From: Ilumatobacteraceae bacterium
GTDB taxonomy: Bacteria; Actinomycetota; Acidimicrobiia; Acidimicrobiales; Ilumatobacteraceae
Length of the DNA: 64,000 nucleotides
Reading direction: 5' to 3'
NCBI GenBank assembly: GCA_044341655.1
Contig: JBIIRE010000001.1
Span: 8,157 to 72,156 of the forward strand
In this document: piece after piece, positions 27,128-36,721 of the stretch
Position numbering within the stretch: the first letter of the stretch is position 1
Layout of the letters: every line of letters starts with the position of its first letter
The notes under the pieces: model-generated
Database searches by the model: none
The model's input: only the letters and a program-made list of their open reading frames with translations
Told to the model about the DNA's origin: nothing
Program-made: the position numbers and the translations under genes

Positions 27128-28663
27128 GTGATGGGTCATGCAGTCGGCTCTGCCGCAAGGGTTCTGGAGCAAGCACTAGCAAGAGACCCAAATTATGAAG
27201 CTTTGGTCACTCGCGGTGTACGGCTCACCTACGGCCAGTTGGACGAGCTCGCCAATCGCGCCGTTCACGCTTTGTTCAACTTGGGAGTCAGACCAGGCGA
27301 CCGAGTTTGCGCTTCCCTACCGAACGATTTTGATGTGGTCGTGGCTTTTCATGGCGTGATGAGGCTCGGAGCCATCTGGGTGGGGATCAATCGCGTGCTG
27401 GCCGAGCCGGAAAAGCAGCACATACTTTCTGATTGTGAACCAACCATCTATCTAACGGACACACCGTTGCAAGATGACACCGCTGCTTCATCAAAGTTTC
27501 GGGTGATTGATGTCGAGACTTGGCGTAGCGCAATTGATGCAGAACCCTCATCACGATGGAGTGGGCCCGAACCAGATCCACTTTTGCCGGCAGGAATCGC
27601 ATACACAAGCGGCACTACGGGCCGACCGAAAGGCGCGGTGCATAGCCAGCACAATTTGATGTTGCCAGGAGCCGTTCTCGTAGAGACCCGCGGCTACACC
27701 CCCGATCTTCGTAAAGGTGACTGCTTCGCGTTCACGATCTTGAACATGGCTGTTCTCACCACACTGCTTGTCTCGCAAGCTGGTGGAACTTCAATCGTCA
27801 TGGATAGGACTGACCCTGAAGGAATTGCCGATTGGATTAAACGTGAGCAGATCACAACGTGGAATGGTGCACCAGCGATGCTGCACAGTCTTGTCACTTC
27901 TGATTCCGTCACTAGTGATGATCTAAAAACGCTTGACGAAGTGTGGGTTGGTGGAGCGGATTGTCCTGACGCCATTCGACGCGCCTTCTTCGCAAAGTTT
28001 GATCTTCCCGTCTTGGCCACCTACGGCTTAAGCGAAGCCCCTACAGTGATCGCAATTGATGACCGACCCAGTACGAGGTCAAACACACCCACCGCACCAG
28101 TTGGCTCATCAGGTAAGCCACTACCTCATCTCCGTATTCGAATTGTCGGTGCTGACGGTTCAACGCTTCAACAAGGTGAGGCGGGGCAAATTTGTATTTC
28201 TGCAGCCGATGATCGTTACCGAACGATGCTGGGCTACCTGAATTCACCCGAAGCAACCAATGATGTGATCGTTGATAATGAATTGCGAACTGGTGATGTT
28301 GGACTAATTGATGACAATGGTCACTTGCACATCCGTGATCGTTTGAGCTTGGTCATCATTCGGGGTGGAGCAAATATCTACCCGGCTGAAATTGAACGCG
28401 TAGTTGCCGAATTCCCCGGGATCAATGCGAGCGCTGCTGTCGGGGTTCCAGATGAGCGACTCGGCGAGCGTGTGGCTCTACTTATCGAACTCAGCGATGG
28501 AGTGCAGTTAAACGATGAAGATTTAGCAGCACATCTCGCAGCGAACCTAGCTCGGTACAAGATTCCAGAGCAGATCAAAGTCATCGATGCATTTCCACGC
28601 AATGCAATGGGCAAAATTCAGCGCCGTGGACTTGTGGATTGCTTCACTGAAGAAACTCAGTAA
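27128..28663 (+). CDS. AMP-dependent acyl-CoA synthetase/ligase
   Basis: Motifs YTSGTTGRPKGAVHSQ, LRTGDVG and RGGANIYPAEIE. GTG 27128 / ATG 27131. Confidence 0.9.
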   Translation: MMGHAVGSAARVLEQALARDPNYEALVTRGVRLTYGQLDELANRAVHALFNLGVRPGDRVCASLPNDFDVVVAFHGVMRLGAIWVGINRVLAEPEKQHILSDCEPTIYLTDTPLQDDTAASSKFRVIDVETWRSAIDAEPSSRWSGPEPDPLLPAGIAYTSGTTGRPKGAVHSQHNLMLPGAVLVETRGYTPDLRKGDCFAFTILNMAVLTTLLVSQAGGTSIVMDRTDPEGIADWIKREQITTWNGAPAMLHSLVTSDSVTSDDLKTLDEVWVGGADCPDAIRRAFFAKFDLPVLATYGLSEAPTVIAIDDRPSTRSNTPTAPVGSSGKPLPHLRIRIVGADGSTLQQGEAGQICISAADDRYRTMLGYLNSPEATNDVIVDNELRTGDVGLIDDNGHLHIRDRLSLVIIRGGANIYPAEIERVVAEFPGINASAAVGVPDERLGERVALLIELSDGVQLNDEDLAAHLAANLARYKIPEQIKVIDAFPRNAMGKIQRRGLVDCFTEETQ

Positions 28664-28667
28664 AGCA

Positions 28668-29429
28668 TCAGACTGAGCGCAGAGTGCCGCCATCTACTTC
28701 GAGGGCTGCACCGGTGATCCAGGCAGCCTGTTCACTGGCCAAGAACAACACAGCGGCAGCAATCTCATGAGGCTCACCGAAACGGCCAACTGCAACTCTG
28801 TGTGCGGCTAGTTGTTTGGCCATGATTTCTTCAGCTGACTTCCCGGATTTAGTGGCTGCAGCCTCTGCGTTGTCGGACACCATTTCAGTCAGAGTTACAC
28901 CTGGCACTACACAGTTGCTCAGCACACCCTGTGCTGCATGAGCGTGCGAGAGTGATTTAGACCAGTTCAAAAGAGCAGCCTTTGCCGCTGAGTATGGAGC
29001 AAAAGACGGATCAGGCTCACGCCCGCTCACCGAGGCAACATGCACCAATCTCCCCCAGCCCCTAGCGGCCATTACGGGAACCGCCGCTGCTGACACTGCA
29101 ACTGCGGAAAAGAAATTGATATCGAAGCTGCGGCGCCAATCGTCTGCAGTGAGTGCAGAAAAACGTTTTGGTTCGGCAAGACCGACATTGTTGACAACGA
29201 TGTCGATTTGCCCAAAGCGTTTTAGGCACTCATTCACGATGGCCTCACCCGCATCTGGTCCCGTGACATCGATTGCAAAAGACTCACCAGGACCCTCAGT
29301 TTGTGTCCTTGAGACAGCCAGAACTCGACAACCTTCGTTAACCAAGAGTTCGGCTACTGAGCGGCCGATTCCGCGGCTAGCGCCGGTAACAATCGCAACA
29401 CGACCAGCGAGCCCGAGATCCATGGTCAA
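28668..29429 (-). CDS. Short-chain dehydrogenase/reductase (SDR)
   Basis: Motifs VAIVTGASRGIGRSV, NNVG and YSAAKAAL. Confidence 0.9.
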   Translation of the reverse strand: MTMDLGLAGRVAIVTGASRGIGRSVAELLVNEGCRVLAVSRTQTEGPGESFAIDVTGPDAGEAIVNECLKRFGQIDIVVNNVGLAEPKRFSALTADDWRRSFDINFFSAVAVSAAAVPVMAARGWGRLVHVASVSGREPDPSFAPYSAAKAALLNWSKSLSHAHAAQGVLSNCVVPGVTLTEMVSDNAEAAATKSGKSAEEIMAKQLAAHRVAVGRFGEPHEIAAAVLFLASEQAAWITGAALEVDGGTLRSV

Positions 29430-29473
29430 ACTGTAGTGCTTGGCCTTTGCGACTCACCGGGGAACGCCTGCGG

Positions 29474-30205
29474 TCAGCTACGACCGAGTTTCTTGGCTGC
29501 TTCTGGAACAAAAAGTTCTGGCGCCATTGGACCATCCTCAACTGAGCTCAACTGCACTTCAGGAAGACGAACATTCCCTGGAATTGTGTCAAGCCAGACA
29601 ATTGCGGCGGCAACTTCTTCAACACCAAGCGTGTGCATAGGGAACCGAACGTCTTCGATCATCGGCGTGCGTACGGGACCCACAGTTAACACGTGGACTC
29701 CTATACCGTCGCGCTCAACTTCTTTGGCAAATGCTGCTGCGAATGCATTGAGGCCTGCCTTAGACGCCGAGTATGCCGAGCGACCCGGATGGGGCTGATG
29801 GGAAGAACTTGACGATACGAAAACGAACTTTGCACCCGGGCCCATATAGGGCAACGCGCTGTTAGCAACAACAAATGCAGAGCTCAAGTTGATTGCAAGT
29901 ATGCGATTGAACTCGTCGAGGGTTTCTCTACGCACGAAAGTTCCGCCCATCGTGCCTGCAGCATGAACTACAAGATCAATGCGACCAAATTCTTCGTTAA
30001 CTGATCCAACCACTCGCACAAAGGATTCAGCGTCACTCGCATCACCAGCTGCCCAGGATGCTCCAATTGACTCCGCACTCTGCTGCAGGATGTCCGATCT
30101 GCGTGCGGTTAAAACCACTGCATATCCAGCTGCCTGCAGCTGGCGCCCAACTTCTAGACCGATACCGCTGCTGCCACCGGTAACAAGTGCAACTCTTTGG
30201 CTCAT
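29474..30205 (-). CDS. Short-chain dehydrogenase/reductase (SDR)
   Basis: Motifs VALVTGGSSGIGLEV and YSASKAGL. ATG 30205 is preferred. The track extension to 30388 is Arg-rich. Confidence 0.85.
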   Translation of the reverse strand: MSQRVALVTGGSSGIGLEVGRQLQAAGYAVVLTARRSDILQQSAESIGASWAAGDASDAESFVRVVGSVNEEFGRIDLVVHAAGTMGGTFVRRETLDEFNRILAINLSSAFVVANSALPYMGPGAKFVFVSSSSSHQPHPGRSAYSASKAGLNAFAAAFAKEVERDGIGVHVLTVGPVRTPMIEDVRFPMHTLGVEEVAAAIVWLDTIPGNVRLPEVQLSSVEDGPMAPELFVPEAAKKLGRS

Positions 30206-30230
30206 CGAACCACCACGAATTGCATGACCA

Positions 30231-31097
30231 TCAACTGTATGCAGCGAGTCCGCGAGCAAAAATGCGTGCCGCCGCACCACCGAGGAACTCGGCCATTGCT
30301 TCGTCTGAGAGGGGCAATGCACGCGCAGCGTCCAACGCCTTCTTCGCCGGGATGACCGGGTGATCCGATGCATAGAGCAGGCGCCCACGACCTCGTGACG
30401 AATTCATGAACTTCACAATTGATGGCGACATGTACGTGGAGAGATACGCCGAGTTCATGAGATGCAACTGTGGCCACTTCAACATGTACTGAATCAGTAA
30501 CTCTTCATACGGATGACCCATATGAGCCCCAATCACGGTCAACTTGGGGAAGTCGATTAGGACGTCTTCGAGAAGAACTGGATCTTGACAACGTGAACGA
30601 ACTTGGGGGCCCGGAATACCGACATTGATTGCAACCGGTATGCCCAGCTCTTCAGCGGTGGCATAAACCGGATAGTAGAGGCGGTGATTCAATTCAAATT
30701 GCTCAACGAGTGGTGTCACTCGGGCGAGTACAAAAGCGGGATGGTTCGAAAGCTCGCGAAGTCGCGAGACATTTGCCGAAGGCTTCGTGGCTCGGTCGAC
30801 TGAGGCAGAAACCAAGATTCTACCCGGGTACCGATCAGCCAACGCGAGAAAATCCTCAGCCGATGGCGCACCACGCCGCTTTGTATGGGCAGGATCCGAG
30901 AGTCCTGCGGTGAGGATTGCTGTTGCAACACCAGCCTCGTCCAAGGCAGCGATTAATGATTCGATGTCAGGGCTCTTTGCGAGATCGGGGCCAAACAACT
31001 GCACTGCCGTGCGCTGTTCCTCCCTGGCGGCCCACTTCGCGGCGAACTCTGCCGCCATCATATTTACCCAACAATCAATAACTTTTATATTGCCCAC
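30231..31097 (-). CDS. Amidohydrolase_2 (TIM-barrel metal-dependent hydrolase/decarboxylase) family protein
   Basis: Motifs IKVIDCWVN and VIGAHMGHPY, with a C-terminal LYASDHPV. GTG start. Confidence 0.8.
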   Translation of the reverse strand: MGNIKVIDCWVNMMAAEFAAKWAAREEQRTAVQLFGPDLAKSPDIESLIAALDEAGVATAILTAGLSDPAHTKRRGAPSAEDFLALADRYPGRILVSASVDRATKPSANVSRLRELSNHPAFVLARVTPLVEQFELNHRLYYPVYATAEELGIPVAINVGIPGPQVRSRCQDPVLLEDVLIDFPKLTVIGAHMGHPYEELLIQYMLKWPQLHLMNSAYLSTYMSPSIVKFMNSSRGRGRLLYASDHPVIPAKKALDAARALPLSDEAMAEFLGGAAARIFARGLAAYS

Positions 31098-31164
31098 AGT
31101 GCGACTCTAGCCCTGCACATGTGGCAAGGATGATGTTCGCCCGCTTGCTGGCTATTGTGTGTTC

Positions 31165-32376
31165 ATGAGCACTCTTGGTTTCCGCCCATTTGACGCCGAC
31201 CACCACTATTACGAAGCGACGGATGCGTTCACGCGTTACATCGATCGCAAGATGGCTAAGCGGTGCATGCAATGGGCACAAATAAACGGCAGAACACGCC
31301 TCCTTGTCGGAGGTCGAGTCAACAAGTTCATTCCCAACCCAACTTTTGACCCAATTGCTGCTCCGGGAAGCCTTGAGGATTACTTCCGTGGACGCAACCT
31401 CGACGCCATGGATCTAAAAACAATGTTTGGTCAACTCGACCCGATCAGTGAACACCCCGAATACCGCAATCGTGATGCTCGCGTAAAGCAACTCGATGAA
31501 CAAGGTCTTGAAGGCTCTCTACTTTTCCCCACACTCGGTGTTGGAATGCAAGATGCGCTCCGTCGCGATGTCCCAGCACTCCATGCTGCATTCACGGCAT
31601 TCAATAAGTGGCTTGATGATGACTGGGGATTTGATCGTGGCGATGGACGCCTATACGCAGCACCGATGATTACGTTTGCTGACCCAGTGCTTGCTGAAGC
31701 TGAGGTCAGCCGCGTGCTTTCTGCTGGTGCACGAGTTCTTGTCACCACACCGGGCCCCGTGCCTGACGGTGACGACGGCTACGTATCACCGGCTCACCCA
31801 AAGTTCGATCGTGTCTGGGGGCTCATTGCTGAGTCCGGTGTGCCGATGGTGATTCATGCCGGCCTGAACGGTTTGAACTACGGAAACATGTGGCGGGTCA
31901 GTGAGCCCGGCCAGAACGGCAATGCCACCTTTGAAGGGTTCAAGCATTCTTCTTTCCCACTCGTGGCGTTTGCTGATCGCGGAATCTCAGACACTCTCGC
32001 CTCGATTATCTGTCACGGACTCCTATCGCGGTTCCCCAAGCTGCGTATTGCATCGATTGAAAATGGCGCGATGTGGGTACCAGACCTTCTGCGCAATCTC
32101 AAAATGGCATATGGCAAGATGCCGAGCTCGTTCAGCGAGCATCCAGTAGAGCAATTCAAGCGCCAAGTTTGGATTTCGCCGTACTACGAAGACGACATGT
32201 CAATGTTGAAAGATCAAGTTGGGATTGAACGCCTGATGTTTGGATCCGACTTCCCGCACACCGAAGGGCTTGCGGACCCGTGCGCATTCGTCAAAGACAT
32301 TCCTGACTTTGATGCCGATGAAACCAAAATCGTCATGCGTGACAACGTGTACGAGTTTCTCGGAATCGCCGCATGA
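31165..32376 (+). CDS. Amidohydrolase_2 family protein (about 400-aa type)
   Basis: Motifs FRPFDADHHYYE, VIHAG and MFGSDFPHTEG. Confidence 0.8.
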   Translation: MSTLGFRPFDADHHYYEATDAFTRYIDRKMAKRCMQWAQINGRTRLLVGGRVNKFIPNPTFDPIAAPGSLEDYFRGRNLDAMDLKTMFGQLDPISEHPEYRNRDARVKQLDEQGLEGSLLFPTLGVGMQDALRRDVPALHAAFTAFNKWLDDDWGFDRGDGRLYAAPMITFADPVLAEAEVSRVLSAGARVLVTTPGPVPDGDDGYVSPAHPKFDRVWGLIAESGVPMVIHAGLNGLNYGNMWRVSEPGQNGNATFEGFKHSSFPLVAFADRGISDTLASIICHGLLSRFPKLRIASIENGAMWVPDLLRNLKMAYGKMPSSFSEHPVEQFKRQVWISPYYEDDMSMLKDQVGIERLMFGSDFPHTEGLADPCAFVKDIPDFDADETKIVMRDNVYEFLGIAA

Positions 32377-34175
32377 CCCAAGCACACGGTGGGTATGACC
32401 CGGAAAGTGTGCGATCCAAATACTTGGCCGAACGCGATAAGCGATTAATCCTGGGGCGTGCAGACATCCGTGACCTTGATGGTGACAATCTGTTTGGTCG
32501 CTACAGGGAAGACCCATTCACTCCTCTGACTCAACGCGATGCACTTCAAGACGATGTGGATGTCTGCATTCTTGGCGGCGGTATCGCTGGAATCACCCTT
32601 GGTGCCGAACTACGTAAAGCCGGTGTTAAAAACATCCGATTTGTAGACACGGCGGGTGGCTTTGGTGGGACTTGGTACTGGAATCGCTACCCAGGGGTGA
32701 TGTGTGATGTTGAGTCATATATATACCTCCCGCTTCTAGAGGAAACCGGCTATGTACCCAAGCGCCGTTACGCCTTCGGGGATGAGATTCTCGAATATCT
32801 GCAACTATTAGCGGCGCAATTTGACCTCAACCGCGATGCACTTTTTCACACACGCATCAACCGTGCCCTGTGGAACGAAGGTGATAAGCGCTGGATGATT
32901 GAAACCGATCGCGGAGACAAATTCACTGCTCGCTACTACGTAATTGCACCCGGAATTCTCAACCTCTTAAAACTGCCAGCCATTCCAGGCATGCCCGACT
33001 TCAAGGGCCACTCGTTCCACTCGGCGCGTTGGGATTACGAATACACCGGTGGCGCACCAGGTGAGCAACTGACAAATTTGAAAGACAAAGTTGTTGGTCT
33101 CATCGGTACTGGTGCAACAGGCATCCAGTGTGTGCCTCCGCTCGCAGAAGCATCGAAACATCTTTGGATCTTCCAGAGGACTCCTTCAGCAATTGGAGTG
33201 CGCGGCAACAAACAAACAGATGACACATTCGCAAAGAGCCTCAAGCCCGGTTGGCAACAAGAGCGCATGGATAACTTCCAGGCTCTGATGCTGGGGCGCG
33301 AAGTGGGCGCCGACTTAACTGATGATGGCTGGACACATGACTATGCAAAAGTGCAGAATCCACCGAGTCGCCAGCCTGGAGAATCTTCGGCCGACTGGTT
33401 CACCCGCTGGGAGGCAATTGATTATGAGATCATGGAAGCCCATCGCAGTCGAGTTGAGTCAATTGTCGGTGACTCAGCTGTGGCGGAAGTTCTCAAACCT
33501 TGGTACCGCTACTTATGTAAGCGTCCATGCTTTCATGACGAGTACTTGACATCGTTCAACCAACGCAATGTCACACTGGTCGACTGCCCAACTGGAATTG
33601 ATCGTGTAGTTACAGATGGTGTCATGGTCAACGGCGAGAAGATCGAACTCGACTGCATCGTATATGCCACAGGTTTTGAAGCAGAAGCGACTCCCCTCTT
33701 TCGACGTGCAGGGCACGATATCGTCGGAGTTGATGGGGTCACTCTTGCTGAACTCTGGGCTGATGGCGCATCGAGCCTCTACGGAATGATGGTTCGTGGT
33801 CTGCCGAATTTGTTCACAATGCCGGCACCTTCTCAACAATCTGTGGTCACTGTGAACTACACCCAACTTGCGGTACTAGGTGCTGAAATTGTGGCGCAGA
33901 CAATTGCCCAGCTGCTCAAGAAGGGTGGGCCCGCTTTTGAAGTGACGGCAGAGGCTGAACACGATTGGAACCAGAAGATACTTGCGTCTTTCGCTGATGC
34001 AAGTGCGCTCATGTCGGCCTGCACACCATCACGCATTAACAACGAGGGTCATCCAGAGTCACGCAATCCTCTTAACGGCAACTACGGGCGGGGCTTTGGC
34101 GATTACTTCGGTTACCGCGACCTATTGAAAACATGGGTGGCTTCTGAACAGTTTGATGGCCTCGAATTGCGATGA
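32373..34175 (+). CDS. Type I Baeyer-Villiger monooxygenase (flavin/NADPH-dependent)
   Basis: Motifs DVCILGGGIAGI and GGTWYWNRYPGVMCDVESYIY, BVMO fingerprint FKGHSFHSARWD, and second Rossmann motif VGLIGTGATGIQ. Confidence 0.9.
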   Translation: MTQAHGGYDPESVRSKYLAERDKRLILGRADIRDLDGDNLFGRYREDPFTPLTQRDALQDDVDVCILGGGIAGITLGAELRKAGVKNIRFVDTAGGFGGTWYWNRYPGVMCDVESYIYLPLLEETGYVPKRRYAFGDEILEYLQLLAAQFDLNRDALFHTRINRALWNEGDKRWMIETDRGDKFTARYYVIAPGILNLLKLPAIPGMPDFKGHSFHSARWDYEYTGGAPGEQLTNLKDKVVGLIGTGATGIQCVPPLAEASKHLWIFQRTPSAIGVRGNKQTDDTFAKSLKPGWQQERMDNFQALMLGREVGADLTDDGWTHDYAKVQNPPSRQPGESSADWFTRWEAIDYEIMEAHRSRVESIVGDSAVAEVLKPWYRYLCKRPCFHDEYLTSFNQRNVTLVDCPTGIDRVVTDGVMVNGEKIELDCIVYATGFEAEATPLFRRAGHDIVGVDGVTLAELWADGASSLYGMMVRGLPNLFTMPAPSQQSVVTVNYTQLAVLGAEIVAQTIAQLLKKGGPAFEVTAEAEHDWNQKILASFADASALMSACTPSRINNEGHPESRNPLNGNYGRGFGDYFGYRDLLKTWVASEQFDGLELR

Positions 34176-35803
34176 CTACTACTACCGGCAACAAGCGAGT
34201 GGTGATCGTCACTGGTGGTGGCGCAGGAATTGGCGGCGCAATTGCTGAAGAACTCGCACGCCGTGGAGATCATGTAGTCACAGTTGACCCCTTGGTAGCG
34301 GTTGACGGAACTAATGCCCCTGCTGATCAAACACCAACAACCGCTGAACGAATCTTGGAAGCGGGTGGTAGCGCAGAGTCATCCAATACATCTGTTACTG
34401 ATGCTCACGCCATGTCAGTCCTTGTTGAAGACCTACTTACACGACACGGACGTCTTGATGCGGTGGTCAATGCCGCCGGAATATCGCGACCAACTGGATT
34501 CGCAAAAGGAGACGAACCGGACTGGTCCGCAGTAATTGAGGTCCACCTACAGGGTTACATCAACGTCTTAGCGGCAGTAATGCCACACTTTGCCGAGGTA
34601 GGTGCGGGCCATGTTGTTGGGGTCACTTCCGGATCAGGCTGGCGGACCGCCGATGCAGGCGCATACGGATGTGCCAAACGTGCGGTAGCCGCCCTCACTT
34701 GGAAACTTGGTCGCCACGCGCCCCATGGAGTGCACGTCAATGCGATCAGTCCAATTGCGATGACGCGAATGGTCACTTCGGCGTTGAAAAGAACTTCAGC
34801 AGCACCAAAGGATGGCGCAAGGGTTTCAGGTGGTCTGGCACTCGGCGCGCTACCGCCGCCAGAACAGCTCGGGCCGTTAGGCGCCGCAATGGCGGGGCAC
34901 ACAACTACTCCACACGGTCGCATTCTCTTCGCAGGTGGAAGCGAGATTGCCGTACTTCGTGAGCCGCAGCTGATGGAGATAATTCGTACGTCTGATGTTC
35001 AAAGTGTCGACTCAGTGGTTTCTTCGTATCTGGCCACGTTGATCGCCGCCGAGAAACAACAAACAACAACGGGAGGCGCCAACCCAAGGTTCAGCGAGAT
35101 TTTTAACTCGCTATCCACTCTCGGTGAAATTCCACAGAATGCAAATGTCTTGGTTGTCTCTGATCAACCACAGTTGGCCGCAACTCTCACTGATCGAATC
35201 ACAGCACATGGATCCAAGGTGCATTTCGTGTCGCCAAAAGACGTCGGCCCTGGCTTTGCGGGTGCGAGTTCTGCACTGCGAAACGCATTTGATGGATCAG
35301 CACTTGATGTCGTATTTGTTGCACTTTCTGGATCGGGCGGAAGCGACACTGATACAGACTGGCATTCAATATTGAATTCCCACACTGAACTTGGTTCGGA
35401 GATTTTGGCTGATGCGCGTTGGGCTCGCGCATGCGCGGACTATTCAGCTGAACGCGAAGCACCGCTGCGGCTCGTGAATCTGGTCGATGCCCGCAACCAG
35501 CGTGGCTCGACTCGCGCCCAAACGTCGGCCCAGCTATTCCGTGCAGCGCGTGGTGCCACCAGCGACCGTGTTTCGGCTTTCACAATCGCAATCGAAGACC
35601 CAATAAACATTGATGCCACCGTTGCGCTCGCCCTCACATGTGCGTTCAATGCCGACGCCGTTGAACTCTCTGGCGCAGAACTAGCTATTGGTCATGGTTG
35701 GCTCGGGCTTCGTAGTCACCCATCCCCCACAGGCAGCTTGGTATTCGGTGGCCCCGATATGCCGTTATGGTTCGGCGATGTTCTTGAAGAAATGTGCCAA
35801 TGA
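34172..35803 (+). CDS. Two-domain protein: an N-terminal classical SDR fused to a C-terminal Rossmann-like domain without the cofactor or catalytic motifs
   Basis: The N-terminal half carries VVIVTGGGAGIGGAI, NAAG and YGCAKRA. The C-terminal half of about 290 aa (NVLVVSDQPQL..VVFVALSGSGG..) lacks TGxxxGxG and YxxxK. Confidence 0.8.
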   Translation: MTTTTGNKRVVIVTGGGAGIGGAIAEELARRGDHVVTVDPLVAVDGTNAPADQTPTTAERILEAGGSAESSNTSVTDAHAMSVLVEDLLTRHGRLDAVVNAAGISRPTGFAKGDEPDWSAVIEVHLQGYINVLAAVMPHFAEVGAGHVVGVTSGSGWRTADAGAYGCAKRAVAALTWKLGRHAPHGVHVNAISPIAMTRMVTSALKRTSAAPKDGARVSGGLALGALPPPEQLGPLGAAMAGHTTTPHGRILFAGGSEIAVLREPQLMEIIRTSDVQSVDSVVSSYLATLIAAEKQQTTTGGANPRFSEIFNSLSTLGEIPQNANVLVVSDQPQLAATLTDRITAHGSKVHFVSPKDVGPGFAGASSALRNAFDGSALDVVFVALSGSGGSDTDTDWHSILNSHTELGSEILADARWARACADYSAEREAPLRLVNLVDARNQRGSTRAQTSAQLFRAARGATSDRVSAFTIAIEDPINIDATVALALTCAFNADAVELSGAELAIGHGWLGLRSHPSPTGSLVFGGPDMPLWFGDVLEEMCQ

Positions 35804-36678
35804 CCAAACGCCCTGAACGAATAGTTGATGCCCATGTACATCTCTGGGATCCCGCACGAACTGACTGGTATCCCTATTTGTCGGGCCGCATGGAAATCGG
35901 CATGGGCAATGTAACTGGTATGTCCCGACTTTTTAATCCCGAGATTTATCAGAATGAAGCCGATGGATGGAACGTGGTTGCTCTTGTAAATGTTGCAGCA
36001 GCAACGGGCAGAAACAGCGTTGATGAAACGCTCTACCTTGATGCACAATCTGAGACCCTGGGGCATCCAGCAGCGATAATCGGTGGGCTCCCCCCAACTG
36101 ACTCAAGCGCCGAAGCAATTGCGCTGTTAGATATCCAGATGAAAGCAAAGCGCTTCAAAGGCGTGCGGCCAATGGGACAGAATGCGCCGCCACTCCCTGA
36201 TGACGATGTGCTCACCGCAATGACCGAGCGCGGACTCATTTTTGAACTGATGGCGCATCCGCCTCAGTTAGTCGCACTTGCACATCGACTGGAAGCCCAT
36301 CCACAACTCAATGTTGTGGTGGAACACACAGGTTGGCCACGGTCAGCCGATAATGATGAGCGCGTTCTATGGGAAACAGGTATCGCGGCACTGGCCGATG
36401 TTGGCCCAAATGTATCCTGCAAGATCTCTGGGCTGGCGATGCCACTTGGCGCTATGTCTGCTTCCGTGTTCGCACCCTGGGTTGAAAAAGCCATTGAGGC
36501 CTTCGGTGCAGAGCGATGCATGTTTGCAAGCAACTTTCCGGTGGATGGAATGCATGGGTCACTTAATGAGTTATGGACGGCGTTCTCTGAACTGACATCA
36601 AGTCTTGATCCAAAAGAACGCGATCTCTTGTTCGCAGGTGTGGCAGAGCGTGTCTACTCGTTTGTGGCACAACTGTGA
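35794..36678 (+). CDS. Amidohydrolase_2 family protein (COG3618-like; this subfamily includes lactonases)
   Basis: Motifs IVDAHVHLWDPARTDWYPYL, VVEHTGWP and FASNFPVD. Confidence 0.8.
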   Translation: MPMTKRPERIVDAHVHLWDPARTDWYPYLSGRMEIGMGNVTGMSRLFNPEIYQNEADGWNVVALVNVAAATGRNSVDETLYLDAQSETLGHPAAIIGGLPPTDSSAEAIALLDIQMKAKRFKGVRPMGQNAPPLPDDDVLTAMTERGLIFELMAHPPQLVALAHRLEAHPQLNVVVEHTGWPRSADNDERVLWETGIAALADVGPNVSCKISGLAMPLGAMSASVFAPWVEKAIEAFGAERCMFASNFPVDGMHGSLNELWTAFSELTSSLDPKERDLLFAGVAERVYSFVAQL

Positions 36679-36721
36679 ACGACTATTCTTACAAAGTCGA
36701 AATCAATGGGGGTAACGGCGC

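Noticed and set aside
31090-31127. Inverted repeat TTGCCCACAGTGC / GCACATGTGGCAA in the divergent amidohydrolase promoter region, considered as an operator.
   Set aside because: The arms match only with an internal one-base shift. It is a single occurrence, and I did not see the motif in the other divergent promoter regions of the island.
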